Of a DNA stretch of 64,000 bases, positions 39,353-48,632 are shown piece by piece. Both the position numbers and the translations under genes were made by a program. The DNA comes from an uncultured Gemmatimonadales bacterium (GTDB lineage: Bacteria > Gemmatimonadota > Gemmatimonadetes > Gemmatimonadales > Gemmatimonadaceae), in contig CAWKNZ010000007.1 in NCBI GenBank assembly GCA_963851265.1, positions 128,001-192,000 of the forward strand. Reading direction: 5' to 3'. The number at the start of each line of letters is the position of its first letter. The first letter of the stretch is position 1. The notes under the pieces are model-generated. The model was not told the DNA's origin, ran no database searches, and saw only the letters and a list, made by a program, of their open reading frames with translations.

Positions 39353-40408
39353 GTGACGGTCGCGCCCGCTGTGCCCAACGCGGCGACGGACGCGCCCGCG
39401 CCCGCCGTCGACCTGACGCGCCCAACGCCGACCGCGGTCGCGCTGCCGTCGCTCGCCGACGAGGCGCTGTGGCTCGCGCGCCTCACGCCGCCGTTCGCGT
39501 TCGGCGACTTCTTCGCACCGGAGGACACGGTGCTCTGCGCGCTCGCGACGCGCGCCGCGCTCGCGCGCGCGCGGCCGCGGGGAGGCGGGCGCGTCGCCGA
39601 GCTCACCGCGGGGAGCGCGGTCGTGCTCGCCGACGCGTTGCTCATCGATCGACGCGTGCGCGGCGGCGCGACCGAGCTCGATCCGGCGGCGATCCGGCGC
39701 GCGCGCGCGAATCTGGCCGACCTCGCGCTCGGGCGGCGTGCATCGGTGGTACGGTCGGGGCTGTTCAGCCGCAGTCTGCCGCGCTGGCTGCGCGCGTTCG
39801 ACGCGGACGTGGTCGCCTGCAACCCGCCCTACATCCCGGAGCCGCCCGGGAACGCGCTCGCGCTCGTGGCCGGCGCGGGCGCGGACGGGGCGCGTCACCC
39901 GCGGCGCGCGCTGCACGTGGCCGCGCGCGCCGGCGTGCCGCGCCTCGTGCTGTCGTGGTGCAGCCTCGGCGACCCCACGGGCGTGGTGCGCACCGCGGCG
40001 CGTGCCGGCTACCGGCTCGGCGCGCTCTGGACCACGCTCATCGCCGACGGCGAGTACTCGGGAGGGGTGCATGCGTATCTCCGCACCCTCCCGACCGCGT
40101 TCCTGCACGAAGGTGCCGACACGCTCCACGCGCTCGGGCCCGACGGTTCCGCGCGGTTCGCCTACCTCCTGCTCGCCGGCGAGTTCGTGCGCCTCCCGGG
40201 TCGTCGCGCCGACGCGCGCCGGGCAGCCAGGGCCGGCGTCGCGGCCGTGCACGCCCTCTGCCGGGATTTCGCGCGCGAGGGCGCGGCGGCGCTCGAACGG
40301 CGTGCGGTCGCGGCGTCGGCGTCGGGCGCGGTCGAGTCGCACTGGTACGTGGCCGACCGGTGGGACGAACTCCGCATGCGTGCGCTCGCGCACGGCGCGG
40401 CGGTCTAA
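39353..40408 (+). CDS. Class I SAM-dependent methyltransferase, HemK-like NPPY type
   Basis: VAELTAGS (motif I variant), ELDPAA, DVVACNPPYIP, GADG; start uncertain. Confidence 0.75.
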   Translation: MTVAPAVPNAATDAPAPAVDLTRPTPTAVALPSLADEALWLARLTPPFAFGDFFAPEDTVLCALATRAALARARPRGGGRVAELTAGSAVVLADALLIDRRVRGGATELDPAAIRRARANLADLALGRRASVVRSGLFSRSLPRWLRAFDADVVACNPPYIPEPPGNALALVAGAGADGARHPRRALHVAARAGVPRLVLSWCSLGDPTGVVRTAARAGYRLGALWTTLIADGEYSGGVHAYLRTLPTAFLHEGADTLHALGPDGSARFAYLLLAGEFVRLPGRRADARRAARAGVAAVHALCRDFAREGAAALERRAVAASASGAVESHWYVADRWDELRMRALAHGAAV

Positions 40409-40586
40409 CGCGACCGGGGGCCCGAGGGCGGGTCCGCGTCGGGCGCGCCCTGGCCCGGTTGTGCGTCGCCGTGGAGGTCGCCGGGCCGGCGTCCGCGCTG
40501 CGGATCGGTGACCGTCGCCGAGGCCGTCGCGCGTCGATTCGGACTTCGTGGCCGCCGGTGGCCCGGGCGGGACGCAGCGGCCGAGG

Positions 40587-40826
40587 TGGCAATCCTACCT
40601 TGGGCTGCCCATATTGTGACGACGGCGCTCCGTCAACCCGCACACCTGCGGTTCCGCGAGCGCGCTACGCCCGTGTGTCAGACGGCCCCGGCGACGACAG
40701 AAGTCGGGGCCCTTATGCGTCTGCCGTCCGCTCCGCCTCGTTCGCCCGCCGTGTATCAGCGCGGGCCTGGGCCGTCGGACATCGCCGGATGAGCACACCG
40801 TCCCGGCGCCGCATCCTCGACGTCTC
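40587..40826 (+). promoter_or_regulatory. Putative promoter and structured ~200-nt leader of the DEAD-box helicase
   Basis: TGGCAA-17 nt-CATATT at 40587-40615, then hairpins at about 40626-40662 and 40684-40711. Confidence 0.4.
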
Positions 40827-43298
40827 ATGTCCGTTCAAGAATCCGCCCATATCGAGGGCTCGCCCGACCTCGCCGCCGCGCCCGACGCGCCGGCCGTGAC
40901 CGATCAGCACGATACCCCCGCGCCGCCGTCCGACGCGGAACACGCCGAGGTGGACGCTAACGCGGACGCTGAAGCCTCCACCGCGGCCTTCGCCGCCCTT
41001 GGCCTCCGCCCCGAGCTCTGCGACGCCCTCGCCGCCCTCGGCTACGAGGAGCCCACGCCCATCCAGCGCGAGGCGATCCCGGTGCTGCTGAGCGGCCGCG
41101 ACGTGCTCGGCCTTGCGGCCACCGGCACCGGCAAGACCGCCGCGTTCGCCCTCCCGCTCCTACAGCGCATCGTCGAGGCGCCGCGCGCCGAAGGGGTCCG
41201 CGGCGCCGCCCCGCGCGCGCTCATCCTCGTCCCCACCCGCGAACTCTGCATGCAGGTCGCGGAGGCCGTGCACAAGTACGGCCGCGGCTTCCGTACGCGT
41301 GTGCTCGCGGTCTATGGGGGCGCCGCGATGAGCCAGCAGCTGCGCGCGCTCGAGCGCGGCGTTGACGTCGTCGTCGGCACGCCCGGGCGCGCACTCGACC
41401 ACATCAATCGCAAGGCGCTCAACCTCGGTCAGGTGCAGGTGCTGGTGCTCGACGAGGCCGACGAGATGCTCGACATGGGCTTCGAGGAGGACCTCACGGC
41501 GATCGTCGGCGCCACGCCCACCGAGGGCCGGCAGACGGCCATGTTCTCGGCGACGATGGCCCCGCGCGTCGCACGCGCGGCCGACAACTACCTGAAGGAC
41601 CCCGCGCGCGTCGAAGTCGCGCGCCAGGCCCTCGTCGCGGGCGAGATGCCCAAGGTGCGCCAGACGGCGTACCTCGTGCCCCGTGCGCACAAGGTGGCCG
41701 CGCTCGGCCGCGTGCTCGACATGGAGCAGCCGACGAGCGCGATCGTGTTCTGTCGCACGCGCACCGAGGCCGACTCGCTCACCGAGACGCTGGCCGCCCG
41801 CGGCTTCGGCGCCGAGGCGCTGCACGGCGGCATGGGGCAGGAGGCGCGCGACCGCGTGATGCGCCGGTTCCGCGGCGGCCAGATCGAGCTGCTCATCGCG
41901 ACCGACGTCGCCGCGCGCGGGCTCGACATCGACCACGTCTCCCACGTGGTCAACTACGACGTGCCGAGCGCGCCGGACGCGTACGTGCACCGCATCGGGC
42001 GCACGGGACGCGCCGGCCGCGAGGGCGCGGCGATCACGATCGCCGAGCCGCGCGAGCGCGGCCTGCTCCGCAACATCGAGCGCGTCACCAAGCAGCGCCT
42101 CGACCTGGCGCCCGTGCCGACCTCGGCCGACATCAAGGCGCGCCGCTTCGAGCGCACCGCCACGATGCTGCGTGACGCCCTGACCGCCGCGCAGGGCGAA
42201 CGCCGCACCCCCGGCGACGGGCAGTCGAGTGACGACGGCGACGATACGCTCGCGCCGTACCGCGCCGTGGCGGAGATGCTCGCCGGCGAGTTCGACCTCG
42301 CCGACGTCGCCGCCGCGGCGGTGCGTCTCGCCCACGACGCCGCGGGGAACGCCCCCGCCGCCGAGGACGAAGTCGAGATCCCGTCGTTCCACGAGCCCGC
42401 CGCGCGCCCGCGCGATCGCGGCGCCGAGCGCCCGCGCGCCGACCGCGGACGCGACGAGCGCGGACGCGACGAGCGGGGGGGCCGCGCCGAGTCCGGCCGC
42501 GGGGATTACGCTCGCGCCGAGGGCGGACGCGACGCGGGACGCGCGGAACGCCCGCGGCGCGAGCCGTCGCGCGGCGGGAGTGCCGGCGCCAGCACGAAGC
42601 TCTACGTGGGCGTCGGGCGCCGCGCCGGCGTACGCCCGGGCGACCTCGTCGGGGCGATCGCGAACGAGGCCGGCATCGACGCATCGCGCATCGGGGCGAT
42701 CAACATCGCCGAGCGCTTCTCCATCGTCGAGGTGCCCTCGGGCGACGCGGACGCGGTGATCGCCGCGCTGCGCGAGACGACCATCCGCGGCGAGCGCCCG
42801 GTCGTCCGCCACGACGACGGGACCAACAGCTACCCGCCGCGCAGCGAGACCGCGCGCGAGTACGACCGCGGCGCGCCGACCCGCGAGCGCTTCGGCTCCC
42901 GTGCATCGTTCGACCGCGGGACCGAGGACGGCGAGTTCCCGCGCGGCGACCGCGGTGATCGTGGCGCGCGTGGACCGCGCGACGAACCGCGCGGCGGCGG
43001 CCGCTTCTTCGATCGCGGCCCGACGGGCGGAGGGCAGGGCGGCTACCCGCGGGCCCGGCGCGACGAAGGCGCGCCCCGCGACCGCGCGGACGAGCGCGGC
43101 GGGAGCTTCGAGCGCCCGCGCCGATTCGACAGCTTCGACCGTCCGGCGCGAGGCGGCGCCGGCGGGTCGGGCGGATTCGGCGGTGGGCGCGGCGGCTTCG
43201 ACCGAGGCCCGCGCCAGGGCGGTCCGTCGCGCGACGCCGGCGACGGCGGGCGGAGCGAACGGTTCCCCGGCCCGCGCCGCGGGCGCGATCGGGGCTGA
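40827..43298 (+). CDS. deaD: DEAD-box RNA helicase (DeaD/CsdA type) with DbpA RNA-binding domain and RG-rich tail
   Basis: Q motif PTPIQ, ATGTGKT, PTREL, DEAD, SAT, ARGLD, HRIGRTGR; RPGDLVGAIANE. Confidence 0.93.
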   Translation: MSVQESAHIEGSPDLAAAPDAPAVTDQHDTPAPPSDAEHAEVDANADAEASTAAFAALGLRPELCDALAALGYEEPTPIQREAIPVLLSGRDVLGLAATGTGKTAAFALPLLQRIVEAPRAEGVRGAAPRALILVPTRELCMQVAEAVHKYGRGFRTRVLAVYGGAAMSQQLRALERGVDVVVGTPGRALDHINRKALNLGQVQVLVLDEADEMLDMGFEEDLTAIVGATPTEGRQTAMFSATMAPRVARAADNYLKDPARVEVARQALVAGEMPKVRQTAYLVPRAHKVAALGRVLDMEQPTSAIVFCRTRTEADSLTETLAARGFGAEALHGGMGQEARDRVMRRFRGGQIELLIATDVAARGLDIDHVSHVVNYDVPSAPDAYVHRIGRTGRAGREGAAITIAEPRERGLLRNIERVTKQRLDLAPVPTSADIKARRFERTATMLRDALTAAQGERRTPGDGQSSDDGDDTLAPYRAVAEMLAGEFDLADVAAAAVRLAHDAAGNAPAAEDEVEIPSFHEPAARPRDRGAERPRADRGRDERGRDERGGRAESGRGDYARAEGGRDAGRAERPRREPSRGGSAGASTKLYVGVGRRAGVRPGDLVGAIANEAGIDASRIGAINIAERFSIVEVPSGDADAVIAALRETTIRGERPVVRHDDGTNSYPPRSETAREYDRGAPTRERFGSRASFDRGTEDGEFPRGDRGDRGARGPRDEPRGGGRFFDRGPTGGGQGGYPRARRDEGAPRDRADERGGSFERPRRFDSFDRPARGGAGGSGGFGGGRGGFDRGPRQGGPSRDAGDGGRSERFPGPRRGRDRG

Positions 43299-43388
43299 GC
43301 CCCGGGCTGCGTTAGGCGAACGTGGACGTCCGCGCGAGCGGCGTCCACGCCGCCGGCCCGATCACGAGGCGCACGACTACAACCGCAC

Positions 43389-44207
43389 ATGCCGGGCGCG
43401 AATGGCGTCTTCATCATCGCCCCGGTCGGCGGACCGGCGGGCGCGCGCATCGCCGAGGTGCAGCGCCGCTACGACCCGAAACTCGCGACCGAGGCACGGC
43501 CGCACGTCACGCTCGTCGGCTCGTCGGGAACCGGGCCCATCGATCCGGGCACGCCGCGCGAGCGGATCCGCGAGCTACTCGAACCGGTGCTCGCCGGGGC
43601 CGAGCCGCTCGTGCTGCCGTTCGGCCCGCCCGAGCGGTTCCCGGGCACGAACGTGATCGCGCTCCCGCTCTCGCCGCACGGCCCGATCCGCGCGCTGCAC
43701 GACCGCATCGTCGAGGCGCTGTCGCGCGGCGGGGTGTCGACGGCGCGCGGGCGGTTCACGTTCACCCCGCACGCGACGCTCAGCTTCTACCCGACCCTCC
43801 CGCCCGCCCGGGTGCGCGAGCTGCTGGCGATGCGCTTCGCCGAGCCCGGGGAGCTCGACCGCGTCGAGGTGAGCTACACGCGGGCGCCGCAACCCCCCGT
43901 CACGTGGTGGGAGGCGCCGTTAGGCGGACGACCCCTGAGCGCCGGCGGTCGACCGCGCGACGTTAGGCCGCGCCGCCGCGGTCACCGCAGCCCCGGCACC
44001 CGCTTCACCAGCCGGAGCAGCCCCGCGGTGAATTCCGCGGCCTTGCCCGCGTCCGCGGGCCCGCTCGCCGGTGCGCCGCGCTGCGCGGCGATGGTCTGCG
44101 TCTCGGTGTACTTCAACAGCCCCTCGCTCCCGTGCCGGCGCCCGCCGAGCCCCGAGATCCCCATGCCGCCGATCGGCGCGTCTACCGACGCCCACGTGGC
44201 GGCGTAG
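43389..44207 (+). CDS. 2H phosphoesterase (2'-5' RNA ligase-like)
   Basis: Two HxT motifs, PHVTL and PHATL; domain ends near 43930, ORF runs on into the opposite gene. Confidence 0.8.
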   Translation: MPGANGVFIIAPVGGPAGARIAEVQRRYDPKLATEARPHVTLVGSSGTGPIDPGTPRERIRELLEPVLAGAEPLVLPFGPPERFPGTNVIALPLSPHGPIRALHDRIVEALSRGGVSTARGRFTFTPHATLSFYPTLPPARVRELLAMRFAEPGELDRVEVSYTRAPQPPVTWWEAPLGGRPLSAGGRPRDVRPRRRGHRSPGTRFTSRSSPAVNSAALPASAGPLAGAPRCAAMVCVSVYFNSPSLPCRRPPSPEIPMPPIGASTDAHVAA

Positions 44208-45604
44208 GTCTCGTTGACGTTCACGCTCCCCGACCGGATGCGCGCCGCGAGCGCGACCGCGCGGCGCACGTCGCGCGACCACACGCTCGCGTTGAGTCCG
44301 TAGCGCGTGTCGTTCGCGCGCTCGACCGCCTCGTCGGCCGAGTCGACGGCGTACAGCGCGACCACCGGGCCGAACGTCTCTTCCGCGTACAGCTCCATCT
44401 CGGGCGTCGCCCCGACCAGGAGCGTGGGCTCGTAGCAGTACGGCCCCAGGTCGGGTCGCGCCACCCCGCCGGTCAGGATCGTCGCGCCCTTCGCGCGCGC
44501 GTCGTCGACGTGCCGCACCACCGTCGCGAGCTGCCGCGGCCCGGTCAGGCTGCCGACGTCGAGGTCCCACCCGAGCGACGCACCCACGGTGAGCGCGCGC
44601 GTGCGCTCGACGGCCAGGCGCGTGAACGCGTCGTACACGGGGCGGAGGACGTAACAGCGCTCGATCGAGACGCACACCTGGCCCGCCCCCACGAACGCGC
44701 CGCGTACGAGCCCCTCCGCTGCCGCGGGCAGGTTGGCGTCGGCGAGCACGAGCAGCGGGTTCTTGCCGCCCAACTCGAGCGAGCAGTTGACGAGCCGCGC
44801 GGCCGCCTGGGCCGCCACGACGCGCCCGGTCCGCGTGCTCCCCGTGTACATCACGAAATCCACCGCGTCGATGAGCGGCGGTCCGACGAGCGGCCCCTCG
44901 CCGGTCACCACCGGCATCACGTCGCGGGGCAGTCCCGCCTCGTACAGCAACTCCGCCGCCCAGAGCGCCGTGAACGACGTCTGGTGGTCGGGCTTGAGCA
45001 CTGCGGCGTTGCCCGCCGCGAGCGCGGGCAGCGTGTCGGTCACCGACAGGTTCAACGGGTAGTTCCACGGCACGATCACCCCGACGACGCCGATCGGGTG
45101 GTGAAACTCCCACGCGCGGGTGAGGCCGGGGTACGCGCCGCGTCGGCGACGCGGCTTCAGCAGGCCCGGCGCGCGCACGCCGTAGTAGCGCGCGACGTTG
45201 GCGACGTCGAGCACCTCCTGAAACGCGTCGCGACGCGCCTTCCCCGCCTCGAGTTGCGCGAGGTCGAGCCCGGTCTCGCGTTCGCGGAGAATCAGGTCGT
45301 GGTAGCGCAGCAGGACAGCCGCGCGCTCGGTCGCGGGCCGGGCTGCCCACGCGCGTTGCGCGGATCGCGCGCGGGCCACGGCGGCCTGCACATCGTCCGC
45401 GGTCGCGCGTGGGATGGCGCCGAGCCGCTCCCCGGTGAACGGCGCGTGCACCTCGATCGACTCGCGGCCGGCGGCGTCCACGGCGAGTCGCGCTTCGATC
45501 GCCGCGATCGCCGCGCGCGCGCGCGGCGTCGCGAGCGGAGGGCGAGACCGCGCCGGCGAGGGGGGTGATACCTGATCGAGCGCGCGGTCGAGCGTGGTGG
45601 ACAC
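43982..45604 (-). CDS. Aldehyde dehydrogenase, succinate-semialdehyde dehydrogenase-like
   Basis: IVPWNYP, TGSTRTG, LELGGKN, GQVCVS, EETFGP, YGLNAS. Confidence 0.9.
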   Translation of the reverse strand: MSTTLDRALDQVSPPSPARSRPPLATPRARAAIAAIEARLAVDAAGRESIEVHAPFTGERLGAIPRATADDVQAAVARARSAQRAWAARPATERAAVLLRYHDLILRERETGLDLAQLEAGKARRDAFQEVLDVANVARYYGVRAPGLLKPRRRRGAYPGLTRAWEFHHPIGVVGVIVPWNYPLNLSVTDTLPALAAGNAAVLKPDHQTSFTALWAAELLYEAGLPRDVMPVVTGEGPLVGPPLIDAVDFVMYTGSTRTGRVVAAQAAARLVNCSLELGGKNPLLVLADANLPAAAEGLVRGAFVGAGQVCVSIERCYVLRPVYDAFTRLAVERTRALTVGASLGWDLDVGSLTGPRQLATVVRHVDDARAKGATILTGGVARPDLGPYCYEPTLLVGATPEMELYAEETFGPVVALYAVDSADEAVERANDTRYGLNASVWSRDVRRAVALAARIRSGSVNVNETYAATWASVDAPIGGMGISGLGGRRHGSEGLLKYTETQTIAAQRGAPASGPADAGKAAEFTAGLLRLVKRVPGLR

Positions 45605-45653
45605 GTGGCCCTCTCGGATGGGCGGGGCCGCGCGCCGCGCGGCCCCGCCAGGA

Positions 45654-46226
45654 TCAGGTCGCGCCGGGGCGTGCCTTGCGGTACGTCTCGACTCCCTGCT
45701 TCAGCAACAGCAGAGCCGACGCTTCCAGATCGTAGTCCAGCGCGAGTTCGGCGAGGCGCGCGCTCGATCGGTCGCCGCGCTCGCCGATGCCCTTCGACGC
45801 GCGCGCGCTCGTGCGGTAGCGGCGCGTCAGCTCGCGCGCGGCATGCCAGAGCCCGTTCGCGGCGTGCCAGCACGCGTCGCCCGCGACGTCGCCGGGCACC
45901 GGACGCGCGCGCGTCGCGGCCCGCTCGTAGCTCGCCGCTAGTTCGTCGAGCGCGGTGTCGCAGAGCGCCGCGAGCGCCTGCGCCGCGCGGCGCTCGGGGG
46001 CGAGCGCACCGACGCGGTCGAGGTCGGCGACGCGCTCGTGCTGGCGGCAGCACTCGATCGCGCAGCGGTAGAGCGCGTCCGCGCGCGCGTAGAACGCCTC
46101 GACCGGATCGACCGGGGCCGCGTCCAACGCGGGCGGCGCGAACGTGGTGGCGGGGTCGGCGGTCGTTCCGGCGGCGACGGCGCCGTTGCGGGAGGGGACG
46201 GCCGGCGAGGGGGCGCTGCTCGACAT
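45654..46226 (-). CDS. Hypothetical alpha-helical protein with clustered Cys/His
   Basis: YRCAIECCRQHER, LCD, CWHAANGLWHAAREL, DYDLEASALL. Confidence 0.7.
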   Translation of the reverse strand: MSSSAPSPAVPSRNGAVAAGTTADPATTFAPPALDAAPVDPVEAFYARADALYRCAIECCRQHERVADLDRVGALAPERRAAQALAALCDTALDELAASYERAATRARPVPGDVAGDACWHAANGLWHAARELTRRYRTSARASKGIGERGDRSSARLAELALDYDLEASALLLLKQGVETYRKARPGAT

Positions 46227-46339
46227 GGGCGGGCTCGACGCGGGGAGGGCGCGCGGGCGGACACCACCGCACGTGCGCAGACCGCGTAGTATATCGGCCG
46301 CCCGCCGTCCGAGGCACTCCGCCACCCGCCCGCATCCAC

Positions 46340-47146
46340 ATGCGCCCGTTCGCTACGCTCGCCGTCGACACCACGCCCGACGGCGTGTGCACCATCACGC
46401 TCGACCGCCCCGAGCGACTCAACGCGGTCAACCCGGCGCTGGCCGAGGAACTGCCCGCCGCGCTGCTACGGGCGGCGGGCGACGACGCCGTGCGCGTGGT
46501 CGTCGTGACCGGTGCGGGGCGCGGCTTCTGCGCGGGGCTCGACCTCAACGAGCCGGCCGGCGCTGCGGTCCTCGGTGGTGGCGGCACGCGTGCCGAACGC
46601 CTCGACGTCTACGGTTGGGTCGGGCGATGGGTGCAGGCGGTCGTCGGCTGCGAGAAGCCGGTGATCGCCGCCGTGAACGGGGCCGCGGCCGGCGCAGGGT
46701 TCGGACTCGCGCTCGCCTGCGACCTGCGCCTCGTCGCGGACGCCGCGACGATGACCGCCGGGTACGTGCGCCGCGGGCTGAGCCCGGACGCGGGCGTCTC
46801 GTACTTCCTGCCGCGGCTGGTCGGGCTGTCGCGGGCGATGGACATCACGCTCACCGGCCGCGACATCCCGGCTGCGGAAGCCGAACGCATCGGCCTCGCG
46901 AGCGCGGTGCTGCCGACCGACGGGTTCGCCGACGCGGTCGTCGCGTACGCGCGCCGCATCGCGGCCGGGCCGCCGGTCGCGCTCGCCCTCACCAAACGAT
47001 TGCTGACGGCCAGCTTCGACCGCACGCTGGACGCCCAGCTCCGCGACGAGCTCGCGCACATCAAGACCGCGTTCGGCACGGCCGACGTGCGCGAGGCGAT
47101 GACCGCGTTCAGGGAGAAGCGCGCCCCGACGTTCCGGGGCGCCTGA
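46340..47146 (+). CDS. Enoyl-CoA hydratase/isomerase
   Basis: TLDRPERLNA, GRGFCAGLDL, AAVNGAAAGAG, GLSPDAG, AFREKRAP. Confidence 0.92.
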   Translation: MRPFATLAVDTTPDGVCTITLDRPERLNAVNPALAEELPAALLRAAGDDAVRVVVVTGAGRGFCAGLDLNEPAGAAVLGGGGTRAERLDVYGWVGRWVQAVVGCEKPVIAAVNGAAAGAGFGLALACDLRLVADAATMTAGYVRRGLSPDAGVSYFLPRLVGLSRAMDITLTGRDIPAAEAERIGLASAVLPTDGFADAVVAYARRIAAGPPVALALTKRLLTASFDRTLDAQLRDELAHIKTAFGTADVREAMTAFREKRAPTFRGA

Positions 47147-48422
47147 CGTCGTCGGGCAGCTGGTCGAGCAGCGGGCGGAGTTCGGTCGCGCGGTCGAGCG
47201 TGGTCACGAACGTTAGGCCCGGGCGCGTGACGACGAGTACCCCCGACACCCCGTACGCGACCACGATGCCGCCCTCGGCGTGCACCACGCACCCGGACGC
47301 GTCCACCAGGTGCGCCCGCCCCCACACGCCGTTGCCGGTGTCGTCGAGCTCGCGCACGCGGCGGAGCGCGGCCCACGTGCCGACGTCGTCCCATCCGCAC
47401 GCCGCCGGCAGCACGACCAGGTCGGCCACGCGTTCGAGCACGCCGCGCTCGAGCGAGATGCTCTGGACCATCCCGACGAAGCGCTCGAAATCGCCCGCCT
47501 CGAGCGCGTCGAGGCCGGGCGCCAGTTCGGGCGTGCGCGCGGCCACCACTTCGAGCACGGCCCCGGCGCGCGCGACGAGGATACCGGTGTGCCACAGGGC
47601 GCCCTGGCCGATGAGTTCCTCGGCGAGCAACGGTCCGGGCTTCTCGACGAACCGCGCGACGCGCTGCGGCGCGTCGGGCCCGGTCACCTCGGCGTCGAGC
47701 GGGTGCGAGGGCAGCACGTACCCGAACCCGGTTTCGGGGCGCGTGGGTTCGGCGCCGAGGACGACGATGGGTGGCCCCGCCGCGGTGACGCGGGCGGCGC
47801 GGCCGAGCAGCTGACGGAGCGCGCCCGGGTAGGCCACCGCGAGGTCCGCGTGCATCGCGACGAACGTGGTGCGCGGTCCCGCGCGCCGCGCGATCTCGTG
47901 CGCGCCCCACGCGAGCGCCGCCGCCGTACCGGATGGGTGCGGTTCGACGAGGAAGTTGACCGCCGGGACCTCGGGTATCGCGGCGCGCAGGGCGTCCGCG
48001 ATGTCCGCGCTCGTCACGACGAGCACCTGGCTCGCCGGGACCGTCGGCGCGAGCCGCGCGACCGTTTCGGCGATGAGCGGGCGCTCGCCGACGAGGGCGA
48101 GCAGCTGCTTGGGGCGCGCGGGCGAGCTGAGCGGCCAGAAGCGTGACCCGATGCCTCCGGCGAAGATCACCGCCCAGAGCGTGAGTCCCGTCTCGAGCGC
48201 GTCGTCCTCCTCCATCTGCTCCGCCGGCAGCGTGCCGACGGACTCGAGCACGTCACCGGTCGGCGCATCGTCCGCCGCATCGGTCCCGACGGTCGTTCCC
48301 ACGCCCGGCGCGCCGTCCGGTTCTGCCGGATCGTACGGCAGCGTGCCGCCGGCTGCCGGCCTGGAGTTCGGGATCGTGGCGGGAACGCCGTGGAGCGACG
48401 ACAGGTTCGCAGAGCGGGCCAT
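47109..48422 (-). CDS. Mannose-1-phosphate guanylyltransferase with acidic N-terminal extension
   Basis: AGGIGSRFWPLS..RPKQLL, PETGFGY, RFVEKP, WDDVGTW. Confidence 0.85.
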   Translation of the reverse strand: MARSANLSSLHGVPATIPNSRPAAGGTLPYDPAEPDGAPGVGTTVGTDAADDAPTGDVLESVGTLPAEQMEEDDALETGLTLWAVIFAGGIGSRFWPLSSPARPKQLLALVGERPLIAETVARLAPTVPASQVLVVTSADIADALRAAIPEVPAVNFLVEPHPSGTAAALAWGAHEIARRAGPRTTFVAMHADLAVAYPGALRQLLGRAARVTAAGPPIVVLGAEPTRPETGFGYVLPSHPLDAEVTGPDAPQRVARFVEKPGPLLAEELIGQGALWHTGILVARAGAVLEVVAARTPELAPGLDALEAGDFERFVGMVQSISLERGVLERVADLVVLPAACGWDDVGTWAALRRVRELDDTGNGVWGRAHLVDASGCVVHAEGGIVVAYGVSGVLVVTRPGLTFVTTLDRATELRPLLDQLPDDVRRPGTSGRASP

Positions 48423-48632
48423 GACGCGGATGATCGATGACGAGGGCGGACGGTGGCGGGCGTGACCGACGAACCCGCGTGGCGCGTGCGTGCGCGGCCG
48501 GCGCAGAACGTTACCCGCCGCTCCCCCTGGCGGGGAGCGGATCGCACCCTCAGGATACGGGTGGGGTAACAAGACTCGTGCGGCCCCGTGCCCGTCGGAG
48601 CCGTCGTCGCTCCTGCTTCGTGGTGTAGGCCC

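Noticed and set aside
39353..40408. DNA adenine methyltransferase responsible for the YGTTAGGC motif
   Set aside because: NPPY is shared with protein and small-molecule N-methyltransferases, and no target-recognition domain or restriction partner is evident. Not formally excluded.
37681..40899. 1072-aa ORF and many other long Arg/Ala/Pro-rich alternative-frame ORFs
   Set aside because: These are shadow ORFs expected at very high GC, overlapping genes with clear family motifs.
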